In this document: one piece after another, positions 52,662-64,000 of the stretch
Numbering within the stretch: position 1 is the first letter of the stretch
Layout of the letters: the number at the start of each line of letters is the position of its first letter
From: Octopus vulgaris
Lineage: Eukaryota
NCBI GenBank assembly: GCA_951406725.2
Contig: OX597822.1
Coordinates: forward strand, 105,772,001 to 105,836,000
Length of the DNA stretch: 64,000 nucleotides
Reading direction: 5' to 3'
Notes under the pieces: model-generated
What the model saw: the letters and a program-made list of their open reading frames with translations, nothing else
What the model was told of the DNA's origin: nothing
Databases searched by the model: none
Position numbers and translations under genes: made by a program

Positions 52662-52980
52662 GATAAACGTCGCCCTTTTCAAGCCTAGCCAGGATCATGG
52701 GCCCGGTTTCCCGGTTTCTGTGGTGTATGTGTCCCCCCCCCCCAGCTGGACGGGACGCCAGTCCATCGCAGCGTTACTCAAGAAAGAGGAAGTGAGAGTG
52801 AGAGAAAGTTGTGGCGAAAGAGTACAACAGGGGTTGCCATCCCACCCTCACCCCCAGAGCCTCGTGGAGCGTTTAGGTGTTTTCGCTTAATAAACACACA
52901 CAACGCCCGGTCTGGTAATCGAAACCGCGATCCTCCGAACGCGAGTCCGCAGCCCTAACCACTGGGCCATTGCGACTCCA
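52655..52980 (-). mobile_element. SINE: head E + tail T3
   Basis: Head matches 17850 and tail matches 51680-51780. Confidence 0.88.
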
Positions 52981-52982
52981 AA

Positions 52983-53087
<105 letters not shown>

Positions 53088-53439
53088 CAGTTGAGTGTCT
53101 TGATGGGCTGTAATTACAGTATTTATGTTGTATGTTCAAAGACATTTCTTAAATTCCTTGCGTTTCTTTTACTTATAAGTGTAACGTTTCCACACATCAG
53201 TTTGTTGAAAGGTTTTACGCGTTACTCTGGCAATGTCTTCATACTTTCCTTCAGTGAGAACGGAAGGAGGTGATAAAAATAGTCGCAGCAAAGGAAGACA
53301 TACAACGGCTTGACTGACAGCATTGACAGCAATACGAGTGATGTGACAAAGAAGACGATAACTGCAACATCGCAAATAACAATAATATTCTTTTTTCGTT
53401 TTGATTTTGACACAAGAGCAGCACATTTTATGAAAGAGT

Positions 53440-53705
53440 TATTGGATTACATCCGATCCCAGAACTTGACTGGTACTTTATTGATCCCGAAAGAGTGAAA
53501 AAGGCAAAGGCAAAATCGACTAGGAATGACGATGGCAAATTTTACGTTGTGGATGGACAAACTGTTACAGAGGAAGAAGGAGGTTATCAAAATGCCTGAA
53601 TGAGACACGAAATTGACGACGGAGGGATTTGAACTCAGAACACAGAGATACGGAAGACATTTCGTTAAGAATTTTATCCTACGCGGTAACAGTTTTGCCA
53701 AGCTC
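53440..53705 (-). mobile_element. Degenerate SINE B containing a ~85-bp piece of R4-type LINE (plus strand, 53527-53615)
   Basis: The insert atgacgatggcaaattttacgttgtggatggacaaactgttacagaggaagaa is the reverse complement of about 41650-41711. Confidence 0.7.
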
Positions 53706-54319
53706 CCAGCTTTGATAATATCATTGTGTCAAATTTTAGTACATGAGCAACAATTTTAGTAATAATAATAATAATAAGAAGAAGAAGAAGAAGAAGAAGA
53801 GCAACAATAGTAACGCTGAACCTGAACCATCTCTGTCAAAAAGGAAAGCCACAATATGATTAAGTCAAAGAAATGTCCATAAAACTGGTTACTTCCCACC
53901 CCACAGCTTTTTAAGCAGAATCGATTATGAGAAACTGAAGGCATACATGAAAGAAAAACAAAGTGTGAGTAAACTATATATAGAAAGAGCGATCTAGAGG
54001 AACAAAATCAACCCAACACATCAAGAATTTCCAAGACTACCAAAAGCAAGTAGCCACTCTTAGTTGTAAAACCCGGCTTACAAGCACACGCCGAGAGAAG
54101 GCCCGTCAATGAGATTTATTGTAGTTCCTCTAGTTCATATTTCACAAGGTTCACTGGAAGAGCAGAACATCCTCTATGCAACTGCATCGCTCTCCGAGTG
54201 GAACTCGATTAATTTTATGACTGACTGAGCGGCGAGGAAACATGTCCTTTCCACTTGTTTTAGTTGTGTTGACCTGCTTTTTGAGAAGGGTTTTTCCTTC
54301 TCTTGTTCTTTTGTATTCC

Positions 54320-55108
54320 GCACACAAACACACAGACACACAGAAACTCAAATACACAAACACACAGACACACAGACACACAGACACACAGACACTCAAA
54401 TACACAAACACACAGACACACAGACACTCAAATACACAGACACACAGACACTCAAATACACAAACACACAGACACACAGACACTCAAATACACAGACACA
54501 CAGACACTCAAATACACAAACACACAGACACACAGACACTCAAATACACAGACACACAGACACTCAAATACACAGACACACAGACACTCAAATACACAGA
54601 CAAACAGACACTCAAATACACAAACACACAGACACACAGACACTCAAATACACAGACACACAGACACACAGACACTCAAATACACAGACACACAGACACT
54701 CAAATACACAAACACACAGACACACAGACACTCAAATACACAAACACACAGACACTCAAATACACAAACACACTGACACACAGACACTCAAATACACAGA
54801 CACACACACTCAAATACACAAACACACAGACACACATACACTCAAATACACAGACACACAGACACTCAAATCCACAGACACACAGACACTCAAATACACA
54901 GACACACAGACACTCAAATGCACAAACACACAGACACACAGACACTCAAATACACAAACACACAGACACTCAAATACACAAACACACAGACACACAGACA
55001 CTCAAATACACAGACACACAGGCACTCAAATACACAAACACACAGACACTCAAATACACAAACACACAGACACACAGACACTCAAATGCACAAACACACA
55101 GACACACA
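54320..55108. repeat. Compound minisatellite of CACAGACA / CACTCAAATA modules
   Basis: Direct reading. It generates the spurious 330-aa [17 protein letters not shown]. Confidence 0.95.
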
Positions 55109-55931
55109 GTTTTGTCACTTTCCTCTGCAACCCCTCCCCCGTTTCCCGGTCGCACGACGAAAGAGAACTGCATCAGGCTCTTACTATTAGTGGCCGAGAT
55201 TTCTGCTGGTTTATCAACCGTGTCTTATTCCTGAATATAGATAAATACTGCAATGTATTTGAACTTGAAACCTACATTTGAAAACTAAGAGATTTACCCC
55301 TAATGCCAGTACACTTATCGATTATTTAAATGCTTTTTTCAACGAAAATAATAAGTGAGCTAAAGTCAGGGTTGACACTTTTGATTAGAAATTCATCAAG
55401 CACCGTATTAACAACTTTCATTTCGCATTTTCCTCTGTGTGATTCTTAATCTATCATAAAAATTTTATTCCATATTATTCTTAATTATTCACCTCACATA
55501 TGTTCAACCTTTCTTGGCATAGATGTTTTTACTTTCATTAAGGACACTTTATATCCCCCGACTCTCTCGCTTCGAGACCTCTCGTTTTGTCCTTTGTATA
55601 ATCTTCTGCAAAAGCGTGGTTTATTATAGATGCAGTTCCGATGTTCTTTATTATTTCTGGATTGATGTAACTCTAATGAAGAACCGGCAAAGTGTGGTGT
55701 TAATATTTAATGCCATCTGATGCAATATCTACTGCGGGTTCTCTAAATGTATTCACCCAATCTCTTAGAGAAACCCAATGGAATTTAGCTTGACATCTAC
55801 TTTCTATTTTGTAATAATCATGAGTTAAGCATTTGTCACACAAGAACGTATTTTCTGAAACTCCTTTTATCAGAATACGTGACTTATGACCCACACACTA
55901 CCACAGTTTGCTTTTGTCTGATGTTGTACAT

Positions 55932-56288
55932 AGAGACATGGTGGGGACGCTGGCAACGGGTAGTGTCAGAGCTATGCCGTCGGGAACTTCGGTTCCTGGT
56001 AGGGCCACCAAAGGTAGATTGGTCTGACACCGAGTGATATTAGGGCCACAACCCGGCAGACGGGGCTCTGGTGAAAATCCTCGGAGTGTCTGCTTCGGCA
56101 ACCTGCGGCTCCTCGGTCATTATGTCCCGGCGTCTGCGGACAATCTTCGGCAAACAGGATGTCTCCAAATGCGGGATTGTTGGGCACCGCTTCTGAAATC
56201 CACATATTCCCACGAAACTTCTTCCATGAGTAGAAGAAGCCGACTCAACCCTCCCAGGGTGAATGTCGTCACAAGTACAAGTAAGTAA
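55932..56288 (+). mobile_element. Short non-autonomous RTE-like retroelement with (AAGT)n tail
   Basis: The 5' part agagctatgccgtcggg..cctggtagggccacc resembles RTE-clade 5' UTRs (from memory). The 3' end is caagtaagtaa, and gtacat is duplicated at 55926-55931 and 56289-56294. Confidence 0.65.
56043..56160 (+). ncRNA. Predicted HDV-like self-cleaving ribozyme (slightly degenerate)
   Basis: P1 gggccac/atgtccc, P2 cctg/cagg, P3 ggc/gtc, L3 tcctcg, P1.1 cc/gg, P4 gtc..gac and J4/2 ggCaaa occur in the correct nested order. Confidence 0.6.
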
Positions 56289-58659
56289 GTACATTTTAGC
56301 ACTTGAGGGATCTATATGCTACGTATACACCTGTGGCAAACAGTTTTCGATCTGTACACGTCGTGACTCATTCTTCTTTCATTTTCGACGTTTCAGCAAC
56401 TTGCACATGGCCCTAGTGTTATAAGAATAAGATGTGACGTCTAAGTATTTTACCCAAGTTGTGGGTTTCAAGGAATTTTTTGCAGATAAGATTTAGAAAT
56501 ATTCCTTGAAGACATTTTCCATAATTTGTGACAAATGTGAACCCAGCGCCATATGTTCAATATATTGGCAAATATCATTATCAATTTGGAAATTAATTTT
56601 CATACGTAGAATTTTAACATCTCCATGACATTAACATTTGGTAATTTCATGAAGACTTTAGTAATTTTCTAGTCTGGCTTTGACAACCGATATTACATCG
56701 CCTGCTAGAACCATTGTAAATATGGACACAGTATCAATATGTATTGTAGATAGAAATATTAAGAACATTTTATTATAAGAAAATATAAGCTTCACAACCT
56801 ACAGTGTAGAGGTCTGCGCTCGATTGAGCAGTGAAACACAATCGCAATATGGCTATTGAAATATTAATATTGATATTTTGCATCGTATGCTACGCAGAAG
56901 ACTTTTCATTGTCTCCAAGACACAATAGTATCAGTTGTTAAAGAGCCTAAGTATTAATTAACAGATTTACTTCATTTATTCGAAGAAGAAAGGCGGTCAA
57001 AAACAATTACTCTCTGGCAAAGGGTCACTTTCGAATTAATAGCAATATCCCTGAGGTCTTTTTCACGAAACACCACAAAATAAATACTCAAATCTATAAT
57101 TATTTTGGAACGATACAGCTTGTTTGTATCGCATTTGATTTTTAACTTTTAAATATTCTCTTCTTTAGAAGCTATCATGTGTACGAGAATCATAAATAGC
57201 ATTTCAATTGCCCAAAGTAATTTTCTATATTTACAAAGAATTCCCAAACGATTCTTTCATTCCATCATTGTACTGGAGCAGTATTGCTTTGAAGGATTTT
57301 CACCAGGTGTATCGAACCCAGTAATTACCCTACGGAACTCATCGAAATTCCACTTACAAGGCATTAGACAATGCAATACATGCTATATCCATTCAAGCCG
57401 CCTCGTAGAAAGATCGAATACCGAACTACCTTTCAGTGTAGTGAACTTCTTAACTTGGCCACTATATCTGCGCTTATAAATGATTTTTCTTTTTCGTTGC
57501 TTGCTGTAATTTGAACTTGGCTCTCATTGAAACATTCATCTGGTCTTAATATCAGTATAGTGGTATAAACTATTCATAGACCAAGTTACTGTAAATTAAT
57601 TATGTAATAGGTTTTCACGTTAGAAATGAAAGTAAGTGAACTGTGGTTTCAGTGTAAAACGTAAGATATGTCAGAGGCAATACTGGAAAATATTTAGATA
57701 TTAGATAGAAAAATAATTCGATAAGCTATTTACTCAAATGTAAATTGTGTTTAAAATGCGAGACAATCTATGAAAACCCGTTGGATGCAACAAACGTCCG
57801 AATTGCCCTAACTGTACTGTTTCAATGAATTAGTAACATTTAGAACTATATAGAATAAATGAGAAATTCCATCAACTACTCTCATGTTATGAAATAGATC
57901 ATCTTAAAGCTAATATGAGCTGTATGTATTTTACTTGAAAATAAGGAAACAATTGTTTAAGGCTGCTAGTCATTGCATGATTATGAATCTATGGATATGG
58001 CAAATGATCGTTAATTTTTTCACGAATGATAAGACAAAAAATAGCTGTAGATTATAAGAAAGATTGCAAAATGCAAACTTAGGATGCTCTTGGTCATAAC
58101 GTTTATACCCTACACACTAACCTAACTGATATTAAACTTTCCAAAATAATTCCTGAGATATGACGGAGCAACAATACTGTGATTGCACTGTAAGACAAAT
58201 TCCACATGACAAACACACATTGGACGCTAATAAATTTAACGTAGATAACATGAAATCATATTAGAACTCGAAGTAGAAACGTGTGAGATATCAAACAAAA
58301 TATAAGTTGTGGTCGCTGCTAAACTCTCGGCAAACCCTCACCTAGCGGATATGTGATGAAAGATATTTCAGCCGTGACAAACGTGATTATTACGCACAAA
58401 ATATATTGTTTAAATAACATACAAGTAGCGTGGAAATAGCGAACAAGTAAGCAGCGGAACGGGGACAAAACAAACGAACCAACTTAAAATAAAGCCAACA
58501 CTATTAAAAAATAGATAATCTGTATCCATCATTAAATAGACAGCAATACAACCAATATCCGTCGAGTCGGAATATTTAATGAATATCTCTGCATTGAATG
58601 CGAGATCGATATGAAATGGAAGTTTTGAATACGTTAGAAACAGTGACTTCTCAAAGGTT

Positions 58660-59082
58660 GGATCTTTTCGGTGTGAACGGCAGTTTTTAACATAATTTCT
58701 AGGTAACTAACAAATTTTAAACTTCGTATACTGATAGAATGTGTTTATAAAACATCTTTTTCTCTTGGATTTATTGAGAAAATTCTATAGTTTGTAAGAT
58801 ATTTGTTGTTCTTTTTCTGCAATTTCTGCAATTTCAACCAATCAATGGCGTCTATTGAGGTAAAAAACATTCTGTGCCGTATGAATGTCCCTCGTTTAAG
58901 AAACAGATTGGGTTTATTTACATTTGCAAAAAAAAGATACCCTTCCCCCACCCCTAACTCTAACTTAACCCTAAACCCAAAATAGATTGAAATGCAATAG
59001 ATCGATACTAGGGTCATAATTATGGGTGACAATTTCATATGACACCGCTAGAAAAAAACTGCCGTTCAAACCGAAAAGATCC
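58660..59082. mobile_element. MITE with ~28-bp TIRs and 8-bp TSD (Merlin- or hAT-like)
   Basis: TIRs ggatcttttcggtgtgaacggcagttttt / aaaaactgccgttcaaaccgaaaagatcc. TSD caaaggtt at 58652-58659 and 59083-59090. Confidence 0.92.
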
Positions 59083-59383
59083 CAAAGGTTTTATTTTCGC
59101 GCAAAGATTCTTCACATCGTATTGCTAAAAGTTACCAATATAAAAATAAAAGAATATGTTGGCCAAATGAACATGCGTTCAATTGATACAAGTATATTTA
59201 CAAAGGTACTATATCCAGCACGATTATGCTTTATGAAGAACAAAATATGTAAGGAAATACAATACGAGAACATCTGCGAACGAACGGAGATACATGACAA
59301 ATAATAAATAGATACTAAATAGAGAACGAGGAAGAAAAACTCGCAGAAGAAATTCACTAGAAATAAAAATAAAATTAAAACAT

Positions 59384-59744
59384 GGATGGGATGGAAGCAC
59401 TCCGTCGGTTCCGACGACGAGTGTTCCGATCAACGGAACAGCCTGCTCGTGAAATTAACAGACACGTGGTACCCTTAACGTAGTTCTCGGGGATATTCAG
59501 CGTGACACAGAGAGTGACAAGGCCGGCCCTTTGAAATACAGGTACAACAGAAACAGGAAGTAAGAGTGAGAGAAAGTTGTGGTGAAAGAGTACAGCAGGG
59601 ATCACCACCATCCCTGCCGGAGCCTCGTGGAGCTTTTAGGTGTTTTCGCTCAATAAACACTCACAACGCCCGGTCTGGGAATCGAAACCGCGATCCTACG
59701 ACCGCGAGTCTGCTACCCTAACCACTGGGCCATTGCGCCTCTAC
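59384..59744 (-). mobile_element. SINE: head E + tail T1, with 14-bp TSD
   Basis: TSD taaaattaaaacat on both sides. Reverse complement of 17850-18238. Confidence 0.92.
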
Positions 59745-59759
59745 TAAAATTAAAACATA

Positions 59760-61900
59760 CAGCTATATACAAACAGTAAAGCCTCATAAATCAATGTAAG
59801 GTTTGCAAGAAATTTCACTAAACCACTTGAAAGGAGATTAAAACCAACAAAAACATCATCATACTGTATGTACAACCCCTCAAAGTAAAATAAAAATAGC
59901 AAGAATTTTTTGCAAGGAGCGAAAATCAAACTATTACAGCAAAATGAAATAAGTTCAGAGAAAATAGAAGCAAGCACCAAATTATTGAGGAAGATCATGC
60001 AAATCTCCTCGGAAATATCCAACCAAATATCCAGTCGCAACAGGCATGCGTTCTCGACAACAAAGTTAATAATTAACAGAATAACAACATATCAGAACAT
60101 ATCAACTAGAGTTAATACTGAAGGCAATTCAACCGAAACACCAAGGAAAGCAGAAAATAACAAAATTGATCAGCGTGGATCAAGGAAAACCCCAGGAGCA
60201 ATAGATATGTATTGTGGGATTCACAAACTACCAGAATATCGACAGCTTCAGTGATCTATTCGATCAAGTAGTTGCCGTAGTAATGGAAGAAGCAGGGTTT
60301 CATCCTATCTCATTCATACCCTGCTCAGCCGGATCTTAGTACAAACGCATGCACAAAATATATTATATAAAATTAAAACCCAAACCGGTAAGATCTCTCA
60401 GCGAAGCAAAAAGAAAGAGTCCAATAGGATTAATGTAACAGAAATAAAAGCAAGAAACTCTACAAGTAAAAGAAAGGCTTAAGGAAATCTTATCAGCAAA
60501 GGAGCTTGCAGGACAAGGCACTTTGATAAATACGAGTTCTTACAGGAGAACAAGGTACTTGATGTAGTAGCGAAACATCATGCAATGCTATTAACAAGAA
60601 AGAGACGTAACAGTGGACGTCATACCAACATCAATGGAACGTTAAGCGTTCATGTGTTGATGTGGGTTTGGTGAATAAGAAAGGAAAAAGCTAACAAAGA
60701 AATTGGAATAACACGTACAAGGCCCCACCGTATATAGGAAGTTAGCAACACGGTGAAAGATGCAAGGGATTGGAAATCCTCAAGACAGAGAAATTCTTCT
60801 TTTTTTCTGGTCGAAGAATCAAACCAGTATTCATGAATCTGTATCAGCAGCATTCTGTGAAGTGGTAGGATGAAGAGGAAAACAATAATGATTACAAAGA
60901 GAAATGAAAGTAAGAGGTAAGAGAGACTCTACTAAACGAAACTGTAACTTGTGTGACTATAAGCAGCAAAACTCTTACATATTTAAAATACTTATGCTGT
61001 TCACCTGGAAACCAATATCATCGAACCATAGAAAAATAAATGATGCCAAGAAATGCGGTATGTTTATAAAGGGGGGACTACCTGTGAATAGGAGAGTAAA
61101 AACAGAATCTCTCTCTATATATAAACGGCAGTTTGTCTGTGCGTGTGTCTGTGTGACTGTTTGCTTGTACCGTCACCCTGACCACGGCTTTCAACCGATT
61201 CTGATGAAACTTGACACACACATAGCCCAATGTCATAATTCAAAACTAACGCAGCGAAAATTTTGAAAAGTTCCCCCAGTTCTGAAAAAATCGATAAATT
61301 CGACATGGGGTCGACAATGAGAAACACAAACCACAAACTATCTAGGGGACGCAACTCCACCTTTTTTAAATCTCAAAAAAAAAATTACCATCATTTTTTT
61401 CCATTTTTTTGCTATTTTTTAGCTATAACTCTCTAAAAATGCTTTATAGTTATTTCCCTTACAAACCTGAGCAACGCCGGGCAATACTGCTAGTATAAAA
61501 TAAAAACAGAGCATGGCGTAGATTGAAATACATTTCACATCATTCTCAAAGAACTATATTCTCACCATGCAATGTCAAAATACAAAACAACTACGTTGCA
61601 ACAAGGCAAAGAGAAGATTAATGAACCCCAGCTCTGTGTCCGTGAGAACAACGTTTCAAGGAGACGCTTTAGGCTCCGCTACTTTTCTGTCTTGATCACA
61701 TTCTGATTACAGATATCCTGAATAAAACCATCAATAGTTTAAAATGTTAAGTAGAAAGTATAACCATTTAATCTTTGTCGATTAGGTGAAACGATTTACA
61801 AAGGATTCTACCCAGCGGGTCAAACGAAGAAAGGCTGCTTATGAAGTTAGCTAGCTTCCAAATATATGCTATGATTAAACAAATCTGACAAATCTATTAT
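59760..61900 (+). mobile_element. Highly degenerate R4-type LINE interrupted by a Helitron
   Basis: A-rich strand bias and an RT motif remnant FQGDAL..PLLFCL at about 61652-61695. Boundaries uncertain. Confidence 0.45.
61108..61493 (+). mobile_element. Non-autonomous Helitron-like element (copy 2)
   Basis: A|TC...CTAG|T ends, near-identical to 3617-4003. Confidence 0.85.
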
Positions 61901-61968
61901 ACGAATTGCCAAATTAACTAAACTTGAGAATCTCTATAAAATTTTAGCATATAGAAATATATAGAAAA

Positions 61969-62200
61969 GGCGGCGAGCTGGCAGAGTGGTTAGCACGCCG
62001 GGCGAAATGCTTAGCATTATTTCGTCTGCCGTTACGTTCTGAATTCAAATTCCGCCGAGGTCGACTTTGCCTTTCATCCTTTCGGGGTCGATAAATTAAG
62101 TACCAGTTATGCACTGGGGTCGATGTAATCTACTTAATCCGTTTGTCTGACCTTGTTTGTCCCCTCTGTGTTTAGCCCCTTGTGGGCAATAAAGAAATAA
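61969..62200 (+). mobile_element. SINE family B, full length
   Basis: Matches 19410-19637. Confidence 0.92.
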
Positions 62201-62448
62201 GAAATATTAGCTGGTTGCTTGGTTGCTTGGTTGCCTGGTGGCTTGGTAGCTTGTTTGGTTGCTCGGTTGCTTAGTGGTTTAGTAGATTGATTGATTGATT
62301 CTCTAGTCATGCTATACAGGGTAAAGAGAAAGGAGTAAAAAAAAGAAGATGCAGTGAGTGGAGGTGAAGGAGGGAAGTAAATGACAAAGCAGTAAGATTT
62401 ACACAGATGAGAAATTTGTTATACTTTAAGATAATAAATAATTTTAAA

Positions 62449-62710
62449 AGGCGGCAAGCTGGCAGAACCGTTAGCACGCCGGATGAAATGCGTAGCCGAG
62501 GTCGACTTTGCCTTTCATCTTTTGGGGTCGATATATTAAGTACCAGTTGCGAACTGGGATCGATGTAATCGACTTAATCCGTTTGTCCCCCTCTGTGTTT
62601 AGTCCCTTGTGGGTAGTAAAGAAATAGGTATTTCTTCTGCCGTTACCTTCTCTAGTTAATCCGTTTGTCTGTCCCCTCTATGTTTAGCCCCTTATGGGTA
62701 ATAAAGAAAC
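62449..62710 (+). mobile_element. SINE family B with internal deletion and duplicated tail
   Basis: Head ggcggcaagctggcagaaccgttagc and two tails ending aaagaaa. Confidence 0.85.
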
Positions 62711-63141
62711 AGATAATAAATAATTTTTCTTTTTGGATTTATTTATTTCAAGATATTGTACAAGCTTCGAGAAATTTAATAAAAGTTTCTTCATAATTAC
62801 TGTATGTACGCCATAGTTCCTGATAAAACCCATGGCATCAAAAGTATACTTCCAAAGTTACCAACATGTGAAGGGTAACATGTGTAATGAATACTGCCCA
62901 GATTCTGAAATACAAAAGTGAAAACAGAATTATTAATGCACATACTTAGTGGTTAGGGTTAGGATATTATGAGAAGTGAGGAGCTGGAGATTTTCAGAAA
63001 ATACTTCGATAGAAATTTGACGTATTTTGCGTGAAATATTTTCTATAAACAAAATTTGAAAAAAAACTTTTAATCAAATCTACTTTGCTTTAAAGTCATA
63101 GACTGGTTCCAGTAATTAGATTTCGTTTACATTTAATTGGT

Positions 63142-63420
63142 GGAGGCGCGTGGCTTAGTGGTTAGGGTGTCAGCATCATGATCGTAAGATTGTGGTTTCG
63201 ATTCCTGAACACACCAAGCTTTTATTATGATGTATAATTTTCATATCTTATCAAATTTGTGTTCTTGAGCAAAACACTTCATTTCACGTTGCTCCAGTCC
63301 ACTCCGCTGGCAAAAATGAGTAACGCTGCGATAGACTGGCGTCCCGTCCAGCTGGGGAACCCATACATTGAAACCGCGAAACCGGGCCCATGAGCCTGGC
63401 TAGGCATTAAAAGGGCGCGT
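63142..63420 (+). mobile_element. SINE: head C + tail T3, with a 52-bp foreign insert
   Basis: Matches 51533-51782 except at 63207-63258. Confidence 0.88.
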
Positions 63421-63464
63421 TTTTGAATTAATTTTTGTTGTAACCTTTCTTCTTTGGTAAATAA

Positions 63465-63910
63465 GAATTATCTTGTAGGGGTGGGTCCTGGCATCCTCGT
63501 TTAGCAGTCGATACAACGATATTCGGCTTATTTTTGCTGCGACAACCAGTTTCCTGACGGAACGACGTGGATTTCGCTGTAACTGATCTCTGGCACGTTT
63601 TCGGCCACGTCTCGGTCGATCAGCGCTGGAACCAGTCACCTGCAAATTCTTGACAATTTTCCAGACTGTTGTTCGGTTAATTTTATGCTTTTTTGCTATA
63701 GCCATATTACCTTCACCTCCTTTGAGGAGGGTTATCAGTGTATTTCGGTCTATAGCCATTGGCTAATTTTTAAATCTGAATTCATTTAGTCTGAAACAAT
63801 AAGAGAACACACCAAGCTTTTATTATGATGTATAATTTTCATATCTTATCAAATTTATTGAAATTTATTAAAACCCGAAACATTGGTTGCCTTAATTTCG
63901 AGACACCCTG
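63465..63910 (-). mobile_element. Tc1/mariner transposon 5' end with truncated transposase (HTH domain)
   Basis: TIR cagggtgtctcgaaatta at 63910. ORF 63400-63759 reads IAKKHKINRTTVWKIVK...DRPRRGRKR...RNPRRSVRKL, the paired-like HTH with GRPR-type linker. No DDD/E domain. Confidence 0.85.
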
Positions 63911-63947
63911 TGTATATATGTGTGTGTATGTATGTATATTACATATA

Positions 63948-64000
63948 TCTATATATATAAAACTCAACTTGTGTGTCTGTGTGTGTATCTGTGTGTGTGT
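63948..64000 (+). mobile_element. Possible 5' end of another Helitron-like element
   Basis: A|TCtatatatataaaa followed by (tgtc/tgtg)n, the same architecture as 3617. Cut by the window edge. Confidence 0.4.

Noticed and set aside
54242-55234. 330-aa ORF, the longest in the window
   Set aside because: Read-through of a CA-rich minisatellite that is open in several frames on both strands.
55932-56280. Plus-strand coding exon (catAG ... AA|GTAAGT)
   Set aside because: No frame is open across the interval. The apparent donor is better explained as the (AAGT)n tail of a retroelement.
62948-62963. ttagtggttagggttagg telomere-like motif
   Set aside because: Only about two units, and it also resembles the SINE A-box region.

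Overview
This is eukaryotic, very AT-rich, microsatellite-saturated non-coding DNA with one 100-N scaffold gap (44498-44597). The repeat families look like Octopus (cephalopod) genomic DNA; that is from my recollection of the families, not a search. I see no intact host protein-coding gene, rRNA, true tRNA gene or CRISPR, and nearly all listed ORFs are microsatellite read-throughs. The window is mostly a mobile-element graveyard. It holds more than 30 tRNA-headed SINEs built from shuffled head and tail modules, plus degenerate LINEs of the R4/Dong-type (RLE), CR1-like, L1/Tx1 and Penelope groups. It also holds non-autonomous Helitrons, mariner, hAT and 8-bp-TSD MITEs, and a Tc1/mariner transposase 5' fragment. 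The most notable signal is a layer of predicted self-cleaving RNAs in non-autonomous retroelements. (i) A tRNA-headed SINE has a tail carrying a minimal hammerhead motif (22592-22900, sister copies 19270-19750). (ii) A ~360-bp RTE-like short element contains an HDV-like ribozyme fold (55932-56288). (iii) Several degenerate minimal hammerheads sit in Penelope-like fragments. Also notable: SINE tails that match the 3' ends of CR1-like and Tx1 LINEs in the same window, a ~185-bp target-site duplication, and many fold-back duplications at (TA)n tracts. All folds and alignments were made by eye.
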